Source: Arcobacteraceae bacterium
Lineage (GTDB): Bacteria; Campylobacterota; Campylobacteria; Campylobacterales; Arcobacteraceae
Reading direction: 5' to 3'
Assembly: GCA_965224485.1 (NCBI GenBank)
Contig: CBDCZH010000010.1
Coordinates: 352,001 to 416,000, forward strand
Length of the DNA: 64,000 nucleotides
This document shows positions 48,866 to 58,624 of this stretch, one piece after another. Below the pieces are notes generated by a model. That model ran no database searches. It worked only from the letters and a program-made list of their open reading frames with translations, and was not told the origin of the DNA. Every line of letters begins with the position of its first letter. The first letter of the stretch is position 1. Made by a program: the position numbers and the translations under genes.

Positions 48866-50189
48866 GCCATTAATTTTAGCCTCAGTTTTAATGTTAGTAA
48901 TGTTTTCTTTTTTATTATCATCTTTATGGATAGGAATCTCACTATTTTTAACAGGAATAGTAGGAATGTTAATTTATGAGCATAACTTACCTTCTGCTAT
49001 TTCTATTTATGACAAAATAGGAGATTTATTAGCTTCTTCTATTTATGATTCTTTAAATTCATGGTCTTTAGCTGCTTTGCCTATGTTTATTTTAATGGGT
49101 GAAATTTTATATAAAAGTTCAATTTCTACAAAACTTTTAAATGGTTTAAGCCCTTGGTTAAATTATATTCCTGGAAAACTATTACATGTAAATGTAGCTG
49201 CTTGTTCACTCTTTGCAGCTGTATCAGGCTCAAGTGCAGCAACAACTGCAACTGTTGGTAAAATCACTTTAAGTGAATTACAAAAAAGAGGTTATTCTAA
49301 ATCTTTAGCTCTTGGTAGTTTAGCTGGTTCTGGAACACTAGGATTTTTAATTCCACCTTCTTTGATTATGATTATATATGGTGTTTTATCTGATGTTTCA
49401 ATTGGAAAACTTTTTATTTCTGGTATATTACCAGGTCTTTTATTGGCAACTTTATACTCATTTTATATAATGATAGTTGCCAAAATAGATCCTAGTGTTG
49501 TTCCAAAAGAAGAGCAAGTTTTTACTAGGGCTGATAAATTAAACTCTTTTAAAGATCTTTTTCCTGTTATGTCTTTGATTTTTGTTGTACTTGGTTCTAT
49601 TTATGGAGGATTTGCTACTCCAACTGAAGCTGCTGCTATTGGAGTATTAGGTTCAATTATATTAGCAATATTCTTTAAAAGTTTTACTTTAGATATTATG
49701 AAAACTGCCTTATTAAACTCAATAAAAACTACAGTTATGATATCTTTTATCATTGCAGCTGCTGGTTTTTTATCTCAAGTTATAGGATTTCTAGGAATTG
49801 CTAGAGCTTTAAGTGAATATATTACAACTTTAGGCCTATCTCCTTTGCTGCTTATTTTATTAATTGGTTGCATGTATATAGTTTTAGGAATGATTTTAGA
49901 TGGAATTTCAATTGTTGTAATGACCTTACCAATTGTTTTACCTATTGTAGTTTTGGCTGGGTATGATCCTTTATGGTTTGGTATATTCTTAGTATTTATG
50001 GTAGAAATGTCTCAAATAACTCCACCGGTTGGTTTTTCACTTTTTATAATTCAAAGTATAAGTGGAGAAAAAATAGAATATATTTTAAAAGCGACTTTTC
50101 CTTTTTTTATTTTAATGTTAGTAGCTGTTGCTTTAATAATCTATTTCCCACAAATTGTAAGTTTTCTTCCTGCTTATATGGTAAAATAA
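48855..50189 (+). CDS. dctM: TRAP large permease
   Basis: LAALPMFILMG, SGSSAAT, GTLGFLIPPS, FATPTEAAA, ITPPVG. ATG at 48855 follows AAGGA. Confidence 0.93.
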   Translation: MISEPLILASVLMLVMFSFLLSSLWIGISLFLTGIVGMLIYEHNLPSAISIYDKIGDLLASSIYDSLNSWSLAALPMFILMGEILYKSSISTKLLNGLSPWLNYIPGKLLHVNVAACSLFAAVSGSSAATTATVGKITLSELQKRGYSKSLALGSLAGSGTLGFLIPPSLIMIIYGVLSDVSIGKLFISGILPGLLLATLYSFYIMIVAKIDPSVVPKEEQVFTRADKLNSFKDLFPVMSLIFVVLGSIYGGFATPTEAAAIGVLGSIILAIFFKSFTLDIMKTALLNSIKTTVMISFIIAAAGFLSQVIGFLGIARALSEYITTLGLSPLLLILLIGCMYIVLGMILDGISIVVMTLPIVLPIVVLAGYDPLWFGIFLVFMVEMSQITPPVGFSLFIIQSISGEKIEYILKATFPFFILMLVAVALIIYFPQIVSFLPAYMVK

Positions 50190-50213
50190 GTAATACTAAT
50201 GCAAGGTTCAAAG

Positions 50214-50948
50214 ATGCAAATTAAACTAAATTGTGATATGGGTGAGAGTTTTGGAGTTTATAAAATGGGAGATGATGAGCAGATTATGCCTTATGTTAAT
50301 ATGGCAAACTTAGCTTGTGGTTTTCATGCAAGTGATGCTTTAACTATGGCTAAATCTATTCGTTTAGCTTGTGAAAACTCTGTTGAAATTGGAGCTCATC
50401 CCTCATATCAAGATTTAGTAGGTTTTGGACGACGTTCAATGATTTGCTCTCTAGAAGAAATAAAATCTATTGTTTTATATCAAATGGGAGCCTTAGATGG
50501 AATAGCAAGAGCTTTTAATACTAAAATAACTTATGTAAAACCTCATGGAGCTTTATATAACGACATGATGAAAGATGAAAATATTTTAAAAGCAATAATT
50601 TCAGCAATATCTGATTATGATAAAAATATAAAACTTATGTTACTTTCAAGTCCAAATAATGAGAAAAATGAAGAATTAGCCTCTTCTTACGGAGTTTTAT
50701 TGCTATATGAAGTTTTTGCAGATAGAAATTATAATGATGATGGAACACTTGTTTCAAGATCACATGATGATGCTTTAATTACTGATGAATTAGAAGTTTT
50801 AGAAAGAATTACTTTATTAAAAGAAAAAGGTTATTTATATAGTAAAAATAAACAAAGATTATTTTTAAAAACAAATACAATTTGTGTACATGGTGATGGT
50901 TCTAATGCTTTAAATTTTGTAAAAAATGTTCATAGTGCCCTTATTTAA
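50214..50948 (+). CDS. pxpA: 5-oxoprolinase subunit A (LamB/YcsF)
   Basis: LNCDMGESFG, ANLACGFHA, GAHPSY.D..GFGRR, YVKPHGALYN, ICVHGD. Start is 50214 or 50199. Confidence 0.93.
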   Translation: MQIKLNCDMGESFGVYKMGDDEQIMPYVNMANLACGFHASDALTMAKSIRLACENSVEIGAHPSYQDLVGFGRRSMICSLEEIKSIVLYQMGALDGIARAFNTKITYVKPHGALYNDMMKDENILKAIISAISDYDKNIKLMLLSSPNNEKNEELASSYGVLLLYEVFADRNYNDDGTLVSRSHDDALITDELEVLERITLLKEKGYLYSKNKQRLFLKTNTICVHGDGSNALNFVKNVHSALI

Positions 50949-51613
50949 TGAGAATAGAAATAGCTTCATTTGATAGCATTATTATTTATTTCAAGAAAGA
51001 AATTTCTTTAAAAGTAAATGAAAAAGTAAAAAAATTATATGAAAACATAAAAAATATAGAAGGTTTTTTAGAAATAATACCTTCTTATAATTCAATTCTA
51101 CTAAGATACGATATTTTTTTGTATGACTATGAAACTGTATGTGAAAAAATAAAAAACTCTTTTAAAAATGATTCTGTAAAAATAGAAAATAAACTTTTTG
51201 AGATACCTGTATATTATGGTCTTGAAGTAGGGCTTGATTTAGAAGAATTAAGTATTTTTTCAAAACTTAGTATAAAAGATATAATCTCTTTACATACAAG
51301 TAAAACTTATAATGTTTACTCAATTGGTTTCTCTGCTGGTTTTGCATATTTAGGAAAAGTTGATAAAAAAATAGCAAAACCAAGACTTAGTTCTCCTAGG
51401 TTAAATATAGCAAAAGGTTCCGTAGGTATTGCAAATAAGCAAACAGCAATTTATCCAAATGAATCTCCAGGAGGATGGAATATAATTGGACGTAGTGCTT
51501 TTACTTTATATGATAAAAGCTTAAAAAACTTAATACCTTTTAGCCTAGGAGATAAAATAAAATTTTATAGTATTACAAAAGAAGAATTTATAAACTCTGG
51601 TGGAATAATATGA
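50948..51613 (+). CDS. pxpB: 5-oxoprolinase subunit B (KipI-like)
   Basis: IPSYNS, IPVYY, GFSAGFAY, GSVGIA..QT.IYP..SPGGWNIIGR. Confidence 0.92.
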   Translation: MRIEIASFDSIIIYFKKEISLKVNEKVKKLYENIKNIEGFLEIIPSYNSILLRYDIFLYDYETVCEKIKNSFKNDSVKIENKLFEIPVYYGLEVGLDLEELSIFSKLSIKDIISLHTSKTYNVYSIGFSAGFAYLGKVDKKIAKPRLSSPRLNIAKGSVGIANKQTAIYPNESPGGWNIIGRSAFTLYDKSLKNLIPFSLGDKIKFYSITKEEFINSGGII

Positions 51614-52518
51614 CTTCTTTTAAAATTATAAAAGCTGGAATAATGACTTTAATTCAAGACTTAGGTCGATTTGAATATTCCAATATAGGAATTACTTCTT
51701 CAGGTGCTAGTGATGAGTATGCTTATAATATGGCTAATTTATTATTAGATAATACTTATGGAACAAATGCTCTTGAAATAAGTTTTTCTTCACTTAAAAT
51801 GCAGGCTTTAGGAGATACTATTATTAGTATAACAGGAGCTAATTTATCTTTTTATATTAATGATATTTTTTGTAAACCGTGGAGTACTTATAAAATTAAA
51901 AAAGGTGATATTTTACATTTTACTAAAAAAGTATCAGGACAAAAAGCATATTTGGCTGTAAAAGATGGTTTTATTTTAGAAAAAGAGTTAGGAAGTTATT
52001 CTACAAATATAAAAGAAGGTTTAGGTTTAGTTCTTAAAGAAAATATGAATCTTTCTTATAATAAAAATACTTTTTTATATACAAAAAGGTTAAAAGCTCA
52101 ATATATTCCTTCTTATGAAAATACTTTAACTCTTCGTGTTGTTTTAGCTTACCAAATAAATGACTTTCCAAAAGAAACAATACAAACATTCTTTAACTCA
52201 AGTTTTTCTTTAAGTAATGAATCAAATTTAATGGGAGCTAAATGTGAGGGACCACTAATACATACAAACAAAGAAGAGTTAATATCAGAAGGTATAGCTT
52301 ATGGTTCAATTCAAATACCAAATGATGGAAAACCTATAATTTTGTTAAAACAAAGACAAACAATAGGTGGTTATCCAAAAATAGGAAGTGTTTTAAGTCT
52401 TGATTGTTTTAAACTTTCTCAAGCTAAAAGTAAAACAAAAATAGTTTTTGAAGAAATATCTGTAAAAAAAGCGCAAAAAAAAGTAAAAAATTTCAAAAGA
52501 ATATTTTTTACTTTCTAG
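51610..52518 (+). CDS. pxpC: 5-oxoprolinase subunit C (KipA-like)
   Basis: IQDLGR, SGASD, ALEI, GSIQIP.DG.PIIL...QTIGGYPKI. Confidence 0.92.
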   Translation: MTSFKIIKAGIMTLIQDLGRFEYSNIGITSSGASDEYAYNMANLLLDNTYGTNALEISFSSLKMQALGDTIISITGANLSFYINDIFCKPWSTYKIKKGDILHFTKKVSGQKAYLAVKDGFILEKELGSYSTNIKEGLGLVLKENMNLSYNKNTFLYTKRLKAQYIPSYENTLTLRVVLAYQINDFPKETIQTFFNSSFSLSNESNLMGAKCEGPLIHTNKEELISEGIAYGSIQIPNDGKPIILLKQRQTIGGYPKIGSVLSLDCFKLSQAKSKTKIVFEEISVKKAQKKVKNFKRIFFTF

Positions 52519-53314
52519 AAGATAGAATTCCATTTAATAAAATCTCAAGTTTGTCTTGAAACTTGTCATTTTTTATATACTCTTTAATTTTAAAATCAAA
52601 ACCAGTTTTAAAAACTATTCCAGCTTTACTTTTTAAAGTAGTATTTAATAATTCAACTTGTATATTAGAAATTATATATTTAAGTTCATTTATATCATTG
52701 CTTTTTATAAAAAGTATAAACTTACTTGAAAGGTATCTTACAAGTGAGTATTTAATCTCTTCTTGTTTTAAGTGTTTATTTAAAAACTTAGATACAAAAA
52801 TAAGTATATTATCAGAAATTAATCTACCATATTTACTAGTAATTTCATCAAAATCTGTAATTTCTAAAAGAACTATCATTCCTTTATCAACAAATTCAAT
52901 ATTTTTATTTAAAAACTTTTTATAAAGCCATTTTCTATTATATGCTTTTGTCAAAGAATCTTGAAATATAAGTTCTTGAACATCTAAAATATCTTTTTTT
53001 AGAGTTTGTAATTCATTTTGTGCTTTTTTCAAAGATTCTTTGTCATTGTTCATCATTGCTAGTTCTGCTTTATTTGTAACTTCTTCTAGGGAGTTAATGC
53101 TTGATATTGTACTGTTCATATAAGAAGATATTGAATTAAATTCTTCTACTAATACCTTACCCATCTCATCTTCAAACTTCTCTTCTTTTAAATCAATTTC
53201 AAATTCTTTTGCGTTTTTATCAAAAGTTTTAAAATATATTGAAGGCATAATGATATCATCTTGTAACAACTTAGATATAGTCATATCTGTTATTTGAATC
53301 AATTTATTTTTCAT
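52508..53314 (-). CDS. Degenerate GGDEF-domain protein
   Basis: DSLTKAYNR and F.EI..KYG...D are present, but RYLSSKF replaces RYGGDEF. Confidence 0.75.
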   Translation of the reverse strand: MKNKLIQITDMTISKLLQDDIIMPSIYFKTFDKNAKEFEIDLKEEKFEDEMGKVLVEEFNSISSYMNSTISSINSLEEVTNKAELAMMNNDKESLKKAQNELQTLKKDILDVQELIFQDSLTKAYNRKWLYKKFLNKNIEFVDKGMIVLLEITDFDEITSKYGRLISDNILIFVSKFLNKHLKQEEIKYSLVRYLSSKFILFIKSNDINELKYIISNIQVELLNTTLKSKAGIVFKTGFDFKIKEYIKNDKFQDKLEILLNGILSSRK

Positions 53315-54545
53315 TTTTCTCTTTCATTAAACTTTTTATAGGAACTGCTTTACTTATATAATAACCTTGTGAATAATCAATATCTAAAGATTTTACATAT
53401 CTTGATATTTTAAGATTAGAAACAAACTCTGCAATTACTTTAATTTCTTGTTCTTTACAAAAATAAACAATACTCTTAATTAGGTTTTTATAGATTTTTT
53501 CATCAATTCTTTTAATCAAAGAACCATCAATTTTAATATAATCTATATTAAGTTTTAAGATATGTTCATAATTTGAAAATCCAGTTCCAAAATCATCTAT
53601 TGCTATTTTAACATTATATTTTTTAAGTTCTTGTATAAATTCATTTACCATATCAAAATTATTAATTTTTTCACTCTCTAAAATTTCAATTGTTAGGTAT
53701 TTACCAATATCAGTACCTTTAAGTTTTGATATTATATTATTTTTTACTAAAGGATTTAAAATATCAGAAAATGCTAAATTAATACTTATATGTATTTTGT
53801 ACTCTTTTATATAAGAAATTACTTTTTCTATTAGAATAATCATAAGTTGAGTATACAGTCTATATTGTTTTGATTTCTCAATAAAATTTATAGGAGTAAT
53901 AACCTTACCCTTTTTATCAAATATTCTCATCAATGCTTCATATTTAATTATCTTAGACGTTTTATTACAGCTAATTGCTTGTAAATATGGTTCTACTTTT
54001 TTATTAACTATATTGTCTTTAATGATTTCTAATAAGTGCATATTTAAAAGTTCACTTTTATAATATGATGAGTCATAAAACATAAAGTGTGCATACTCTT
54101 TTTTTGCACAGTGCAGGGCTTTTTCTGTATATATTCTAAGACGTTTATCAGAGCTTTGTGAGCATCCTATTGTTAAATCAATTTGAATCTCACATTTTAT
54201 ATTTTTAAGTAAAAATTTATGAGAAATAACTTTATTAAAAATAAGGTCTTTTATTTTAATAATAAAATTTTGTTCTAAGTTCTCATGTATCTTTAGGGCA
54301 AATACATCTAAGTAAATATTCTTAAAATTTATTTTACAATCTTTTTTATACTCTTTATTTACTAAAGGAATAATCTCTTTTTTAAGTATTTCTTTAATTA
54401 GTACATATACTTGTTTAATAATATAGTTACCATTAGCAAATCCATAAATTGAGTTAATATCTCTTAAATGCAAAATATCTATTAAAAAAAGTGTTCTAAT
54501 TTTATTATTTAATTTTTTGTTTATAATATTATTCTTTTCTATCAT
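53304..54545 (-). CDS. EAL-domain c-di-GMP phosphodiesterase with degenerate GGDEF
   Basis: YEALMR, SINL, EILE, DDFGTGFS, IKIDGS, AEFV, QGY. The N-terminal INSIYG...GN domain lacks GGDEF. Confidence 0.9.
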   Translation of the reverse strand: MIEKNNIINKKLNNKIRTLFLIDILHLRDINSIYGFANGNYIIKQVYVLIKEILKKEIIPLVNKEYKKDCKINFKNIYLDVFALKIHENLEQNFIIKIKDLIFNKVISHKFLLKNIKCEIQIDLTIGCSQSSDKRLRIYTEKALHCAKKEYAHFMFYDSSYYKSELLNMHLLEIIKDNIVNKKVEPYLQAISCNKTSKIIKYEALMRIFDKKGKVITPINFIEKSKQYRLYTQLMIILIEKVISYIKEYKIHISINLAFSDILNPLVKNNIISKLKGTDIGKYLTIEILESEKINNFDMVNEFIQELKKYNVKIAIDDFGTGFSNYEHILKLNIDYIKIDGSLIKRIDEKIYKNLIKSIVYFCKEQEIKVIAEFVSNLKISRYVKSLDIDYSQGYYISKAVPIKSLMKEKNEK

Positions 54546-54757
54546 TAAGAATTCCCCTATACTATATATGTAGATAATATAATTTCTTTTTAAAAAGTGT
54601 ACAATAAAAAAATTATTTAAACAATTAAAAACTAAGAAAATGTCTTAATTTTATTGATTTTATTGCTTATTTTAAAATTATATATCTAAAAAAATAAAAA
54701 ATATTACTTTAACAAGATTTTTGTTAAAATCCTAAACTTAATAAACAGGATAAAAAT

Positions 54758-55402
54758 ATGACTAATATTGATATATCTAAAGTTAAGCTTGATGTGAATA
54801 TAAGCGAAATTTTAAATTTAGTATCAAATAAAAAAAGCTTTCAAATAGATATAAATTCAAAAATTTACGTAAATGAAGAGATTCCTTCTTTTATAGCTTG
54901 TATGTATAGAAGTAAAGAAGATAGTATTTCGAATATAGTAGATACAAGCTTAATTATACAAAAAGTATTTAAATCTTATAAACCACAAATAAATAAAGAT
55001 ATTTGTACCTTAAGTCCTTTAATGTGTTGGCAAGAAATAATTGACTTAAATAAAACTAAAATGTTGTATTTTGATCATCAAAGTGATGGGGTTGATTTAT
55101 TTGAAGATAAAGAACTTGAAGAAATGGGTTGGTTTGCAGCTGCTTTAGATATTACATATAGACAAATAGTTGAAGTTATTGAAAAAGAAGCACAAGGGTC
55201 TTTAGTTTATTATGATAATACTATTCAATTTAGTGGTTTTGCTTTAATTAAAGATATAAAAGAAGTAAGATTATTTGTAGAAGAGTTTATTAAAAATACA
55301 ATAGATACAAAAATAAAAGAAGATGAATTAGATTTTAATGATGAAGATATTATTGAAGCAATGGATTTTTTTAAAATTAAAGAGACAAAATGGAAGATTT
55401 AA
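54758..55402 (+). CDS. Hypothetical protein
   Basis: RBS AGGA, 214-aa ORF overlapping dedA. Confidence 0.7.
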   Translation: MTNIDISKVKLDVNISEILNLVSNKKSFQIDINSKIYVNEEIPSFIACMYRSKEDSISNIVDTSLIIQKVFKSYKPQINKDICTLSPLMCWQEIIDLNKTKMLYFDHQSDGVDLFEDKELEEMGWFAAALDITYRQIVEVIEKEAQGSLVYYDNTIQFSGFALIKDIKEVRLFVEEFIKNTIDTKIKEDELDFNDEDIIEAMDFFKIKETKWKI

Positions 55403-55920
55403 TTAAAGAATGGGGTTATATAGCTCTATTTTTATACTCGTTTGGTGGTGGGTTCGTAGGTTTGGTAATAGCAGGAGTTTTATCATATGCAGGTGACTTA
55501 AATATTTATATTTGTATGTTAGTTGCAGGAAGTTCAAACTTTCTAGGAGATCAGTTCTTATTTTATATGGCAAGAACAAACAAAGCTTATGCTAAAACTA
55601 CTATTGCAAAATATGGAAGAAAAGTTGCTTATGCTCATTTATTAATGAGAAAATATGGTTCACCTGTTGTTTTTATACAAAAGTACATATATGGAGTAAA
55701 GACTTTAATTCCTTTAGCTATGGGACTAACAAAGTATTCATATAAAAAGTTTACTGTGTATAATATTTTTGCTACATCTTTATGGGCTGTTGTAATTGGT
55801 TATACAAGTTATTTAATGGGTGAGATTATTATAAATTTTGCAGAAGACTATAAATATTATGGGCTTGCATTTATATTACTGATTGTCTCTTTAGTAACAT
55901 ATTATTTTAAAAAAATATAA
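55390..55920 (+). CDS. DedA family membrane protein
   Basis: WGY.ALF, LGDQ..FY, KYG..VVFIQKYIYG, YN...T.LW. Confidence 0.88.
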   Translation: MEDLIKEWGYIALFLYSFGGGFVGLVIAGVLSYAGDLNIYICMLVAGSSNFLGDQFLFYMARTNKAYAKTTIAKYGRKVAYAHLLMRKYGSPVVFIQKYIYGVKTLIPLAMGLTKYSYKKFTVYNIFATSLWAVVIGYTSYLMGEIIINFAEDYKYYGLAFILLIVSLVTYYFKKI

Positions 55921-55932
55921 AAAGGTTCTATT

Positions 55933-57315
55933 ATCGAAAATTCTAAAAACTTCAAAAGTTTAAACTTACCTCAAGACTTATTAATTAATCTTGATTCTTT
56001 AGAATATAAAGAAATGACACAAATACAAGAGTTATCACTGCCTATAATCTTAGATAACAAAGATATAATTGCACAAGCAAAAACAGGAAGTGGAAAAACA
56101 CTCTCATTTGCTCTGCCTTTAATAGTGAATTTAGATGTAAAAAAATTCAGAATACAAAGTCTTATTTTAACACCAACAAGAGAACTAGCTTCTCAAGTGG
56201 CAGCGCAAATAAGAAAAATTGCAAGATATAAACATAATGTAAAAGTTCTAGAATTATGTGGAGGAGTTCCTTATGGACCTCAAGTTGGATCTTTATATCA
56301 TGGGGCTCATATAATAGTAGGAACACCAGGAAGAATTCTAAAACATTTAGAAGAAAAGAACTTGTCTTTTGAAAATATTAATACTTTAGTATTAGATGAA
56401 GCAGATAGAATGTTAGATATGGGATTTTATGAAGATATATCAAAAATCATTAAAGAAGTTCCAAAAAAGAGACAAACACTTTTATTTTCAGCAACTTATG
56501 AAGATAATATAGAAGAAATAGCAAAAGAGATTTGTATAAACCCTAGTTTTATTGAAGTTGCTTCTGTTCATTCAAATGTAAAAATAAATGAAAAGTTTTA
56601 TAAAGTGCAAGAAGAAAATAAAACAATTGCAATCTCAACTTTAATCTCAAATCTTAAACCAAGTTCTGTTTTAATTTTTTGTAATACAAAAGTTAAGTGT
56701 GATGAGTTAAGCGATGACCTTCACGACCTTGGATTTGATGTTTTAACCCTACACTCTGATTTAGATCAAAAAGACCGTGATGAGGTTCTAGTGATGTTTT
56801 CAAATAAGTCTTTTCCTATTTTAGTTGCAACTGATGTAGCTTCAAGGGGTTTAGATATTGATGATATCTCACTTGTTATAAATTATGACCTTGCAAAAGA
56901 TGAAAAAATACATACACATAGAATTGGAAGAACAGCAAGAGCTGGTAAGTCTGGACATGCTATTTCTTTATGTAACTCATATGATGAAGAAAAGATGTTT
57001 GAATTTAATGAGCTTTTAGATAAAAATTGTACTTTTGATGATATAAGTGCTTTTGAAGATGATACTTCTTTTAAACTTGATGCTGTATATAGAACTATTT
57101 ATATAAATGGTGGTAAAAAAAATAAAATAAGAGCAGGGGATTTATTAGGGGCATTAACTGGAACTATAGGTTTACATAAAGATGATATAGGAAAAATAAA
57201 TATTTTTAATTTTCACTCTTATGTTGCTGTTAAAAAAGAGTGTGAGAAAAAAGCCCTAGAAGGTTTAAATGATAATAGAATTAAAGGTAAGTATTATAAG
57301 GCTTATGGAAGATAA
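55933..57315 (+). CDS. dbpA: ATP-dependent RNA helicase DbpA (start probably non-canonical, upstream of ATG 56014)
   Basis: AKTGSGKT, PTRELA, DEAD, SAT, HRIGRTAR and the DbpA C-terminal domain (GGKKNKIRAGDLLGAL). Q-motif residues are encoded upstream of the first ATG. Confidence 0.92.
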   Translation: MENSKNFKSLNLPQDLLINLDSLEYKEMTQIQELSLPIILDNKDIIAQAKTGSGKTLSFALPLIVNLDVKKFRIQSLILTPTRELASQVAAQIRKIARYKHNVKVLELCGGVPYGPQVGSLYHGAHIIVGTPGRILKHLEEKNLSFENINTLVLDEADRMLDMGFYEDISKIIKEVPKKRQTLLFSATYEDNIEEIAKEICINPSFIEVASVHSNVKINEKFYKVQEENKTIAISTLISNLKPSSVLIFCNTKVKCDELSDDLHDLGFDVLTLHSDLDQKDRDEVLVMFSNKSFPILVATDVASRGLDIDDISLVINYDLAKDEKIHTHRIGRTARAGKSGHAISLCNSYDEEKMFEFNELLDKNCTFDDISAFEDDTSFKLDAVYRTIYINGGKKNKIRAGDLLGALTGTIGLHKDDIGKINIFNFHSYVAVKKECEKKALEGLNDNRIKGKYYKAYGR

Positions 57316-57339
57316 GACTCTTAAGAATTAAGAGTCTTA
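57313..57339. terminator. Terminator hairpin between convergent dbpA and mscS
   Basis: TAAGACTCTTAA-gaa-TTAAGAGTCTTA. Confidence 0.7.
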
Positions 57340-57400
57340 GTTTAAATTATGTTAACTTGAAGAATAAACTTAAAATTATAAGTTTATTTTTTTACTAAAT

Positions 57401-58210
57401 TTATTTTTGTTCGTAAATATGAACATCTCTTTGTGGAAAAGGTATAGTGATATTATTATTATCAAGTGCTTTTTTTGCATGTTCTTGAATACCAAAAAAT
57501 ACATCCCAATAATCTTCACACTTGCACCAAGGCATCATCAGTAAATTTACAGAAGAATCTGCTAAAGCATTTACCCCAACAGCTGCTTGTGGATCTTTTA
57601 AAACTTTCGGATGATTATTCATCATTTCTAGTAAAACCTCTTTTGCTGTGTCTATATCACTATCATATGAAATACCAATTTCTAAATCAACTCTTACTTT
57701 TCCATTAGTAGTTACATTTACAATAGCATTATTAGATACACTTGAATTAGGTAAAATAATAGTTTTATTTTGAAATGTTGTTAAAATAGTATTAAAAATT
57801 TGTATCTCTTTTACTATTCCTAAATGTCCTTGAGATTCTATTAAATCACCAACCTTATAAGGTTTAAAAATTAATAGTAAAACTCCTCCTGCAAAGTTAG
57901 ATAAACTTCCTTGAAGTGCTAGACCAATAGCTAAACCAGCAGCTCCTAAAACAGCTATAAAAGAAGTTGTTGCAATTCCTATCATTGAAGCAACTGATAT
58001 AAATAAAAGAAGCTTTAAAATCCAAGATGTTAAACTAATAACAAAAGGGCTTAGTGTTTCATCTACGTTAGAAGCACTTAGTAACTTCTTTGTAAAACCA
58101 CCTACTAGGGTAATAATATATAATCCTAGAATTAAAACTATAAGAGCTAAAAAAAGTTTTGGAGCATATGTCATCGTAAGCTCAACTGCTTTGTCCATAT
58201 ATGTCTGCAT
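57401..58210 (-). CDS. mscS: Small-conductance mechanosensitive channel
   Basis: LGAAGLAIGLALQGSLSNFAGG, PYKVGD, IPFPQRDVH. Confidence 0.95.
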   Translation of the reverse strand: MQTYMDKAVELTMTYAPKLFLALIVLILGLYIITLVGGFTKKLLSASNVDETLSPFVISLTSWILKLLLFISVASMIGIATTSFIAVLGAAGLAIGLALQGSLSNFAGGVLLLIFKPYKVGDLIESQGHLGIVKEIQIFNTILTTFQNKTIILPNSSVSNNAIVNVTTNGKVRVDLEIGISYDSDIDTAKEVLLEMMNNHPKVLKDPQAAVGVNALADSSVNLLMMPWCKCEDYWDVFFGIQEHAKKALDNNNITIPFPQRDVHIYEQK

Positions 58211-58305
58211 TTATATCCTTTAAATAATTATTTTATTATTTTAACATATTCTTTTTGAAATTAGCTAATTTATGATAAAATCTTTTTTTAAATAAAAGGA
58301 TTAAA

Positions 58306-58587
58306 ATGATAACTGCAAGTGCTAGACATATCTTAGTAGAAGATGAAAATTTTTGTAAAGAATTAAAAGAAAAAATAAACTCAAAAGAATTATCTTTTGA
58401 AGAGGCAGCTAAAGAGAATTCAACTTGTCCTTCAGGACAAAGTGGAGGTGATCTAGGTAGTTTTTCACAAGGACAAATGGTTCCAGAATTTGATAAGGTT
58501 GTATTTAACGAAGAGTTAAATGTTGTTCATGGACCAGTGCAAACTGAGTTTGGATTTCATTTATTAGAAATTACTTCAAGATCATAA
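58306..58587 (+). CDS. ppiC: Parvulin-type peptidyl-prolyl isomerase
   Basis: ARHILV, S.CPSG..GGDLG.F..GQMV.EFD, PVQTEFGFH. Confidence 0.93.
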   Translation: MITASARHILVEDENFCKELKEKINSKELSFEEAAKENSTCPSGQSGGDLGSFSQGQMVPEFDKVVFNEELNVVHGPVQTEFGFHLLEITSRS

Positions 58588-58588
58588 A

Positions 58589-58622
58589 AATTAAAAAAGA
58601 GATTTTCTTCTCTTTTTTAATT
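58589..58622. terminator. Bidirectional terminator
   Basis: AATTAAAAAAGAGA / TCTCTTTTTTAATT stem between convergent genes. Confidence 0.7.
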
Positions 58623-58624
58623 AT

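Noticed and set aside
644..57708. Short ORFs overlapping longer genes (e.g. 644..901, 1241..1492, 3874..4062, 8858..9103, 18302..18667, 23350..23766, 27228..27827, 35944..36201, 39102..39350, 49973..50224, 52563..52925, 57466..57708)
   Set aside because: Antisense or alternate-frame shadows of well-supported genes, with no recognisable motifs.
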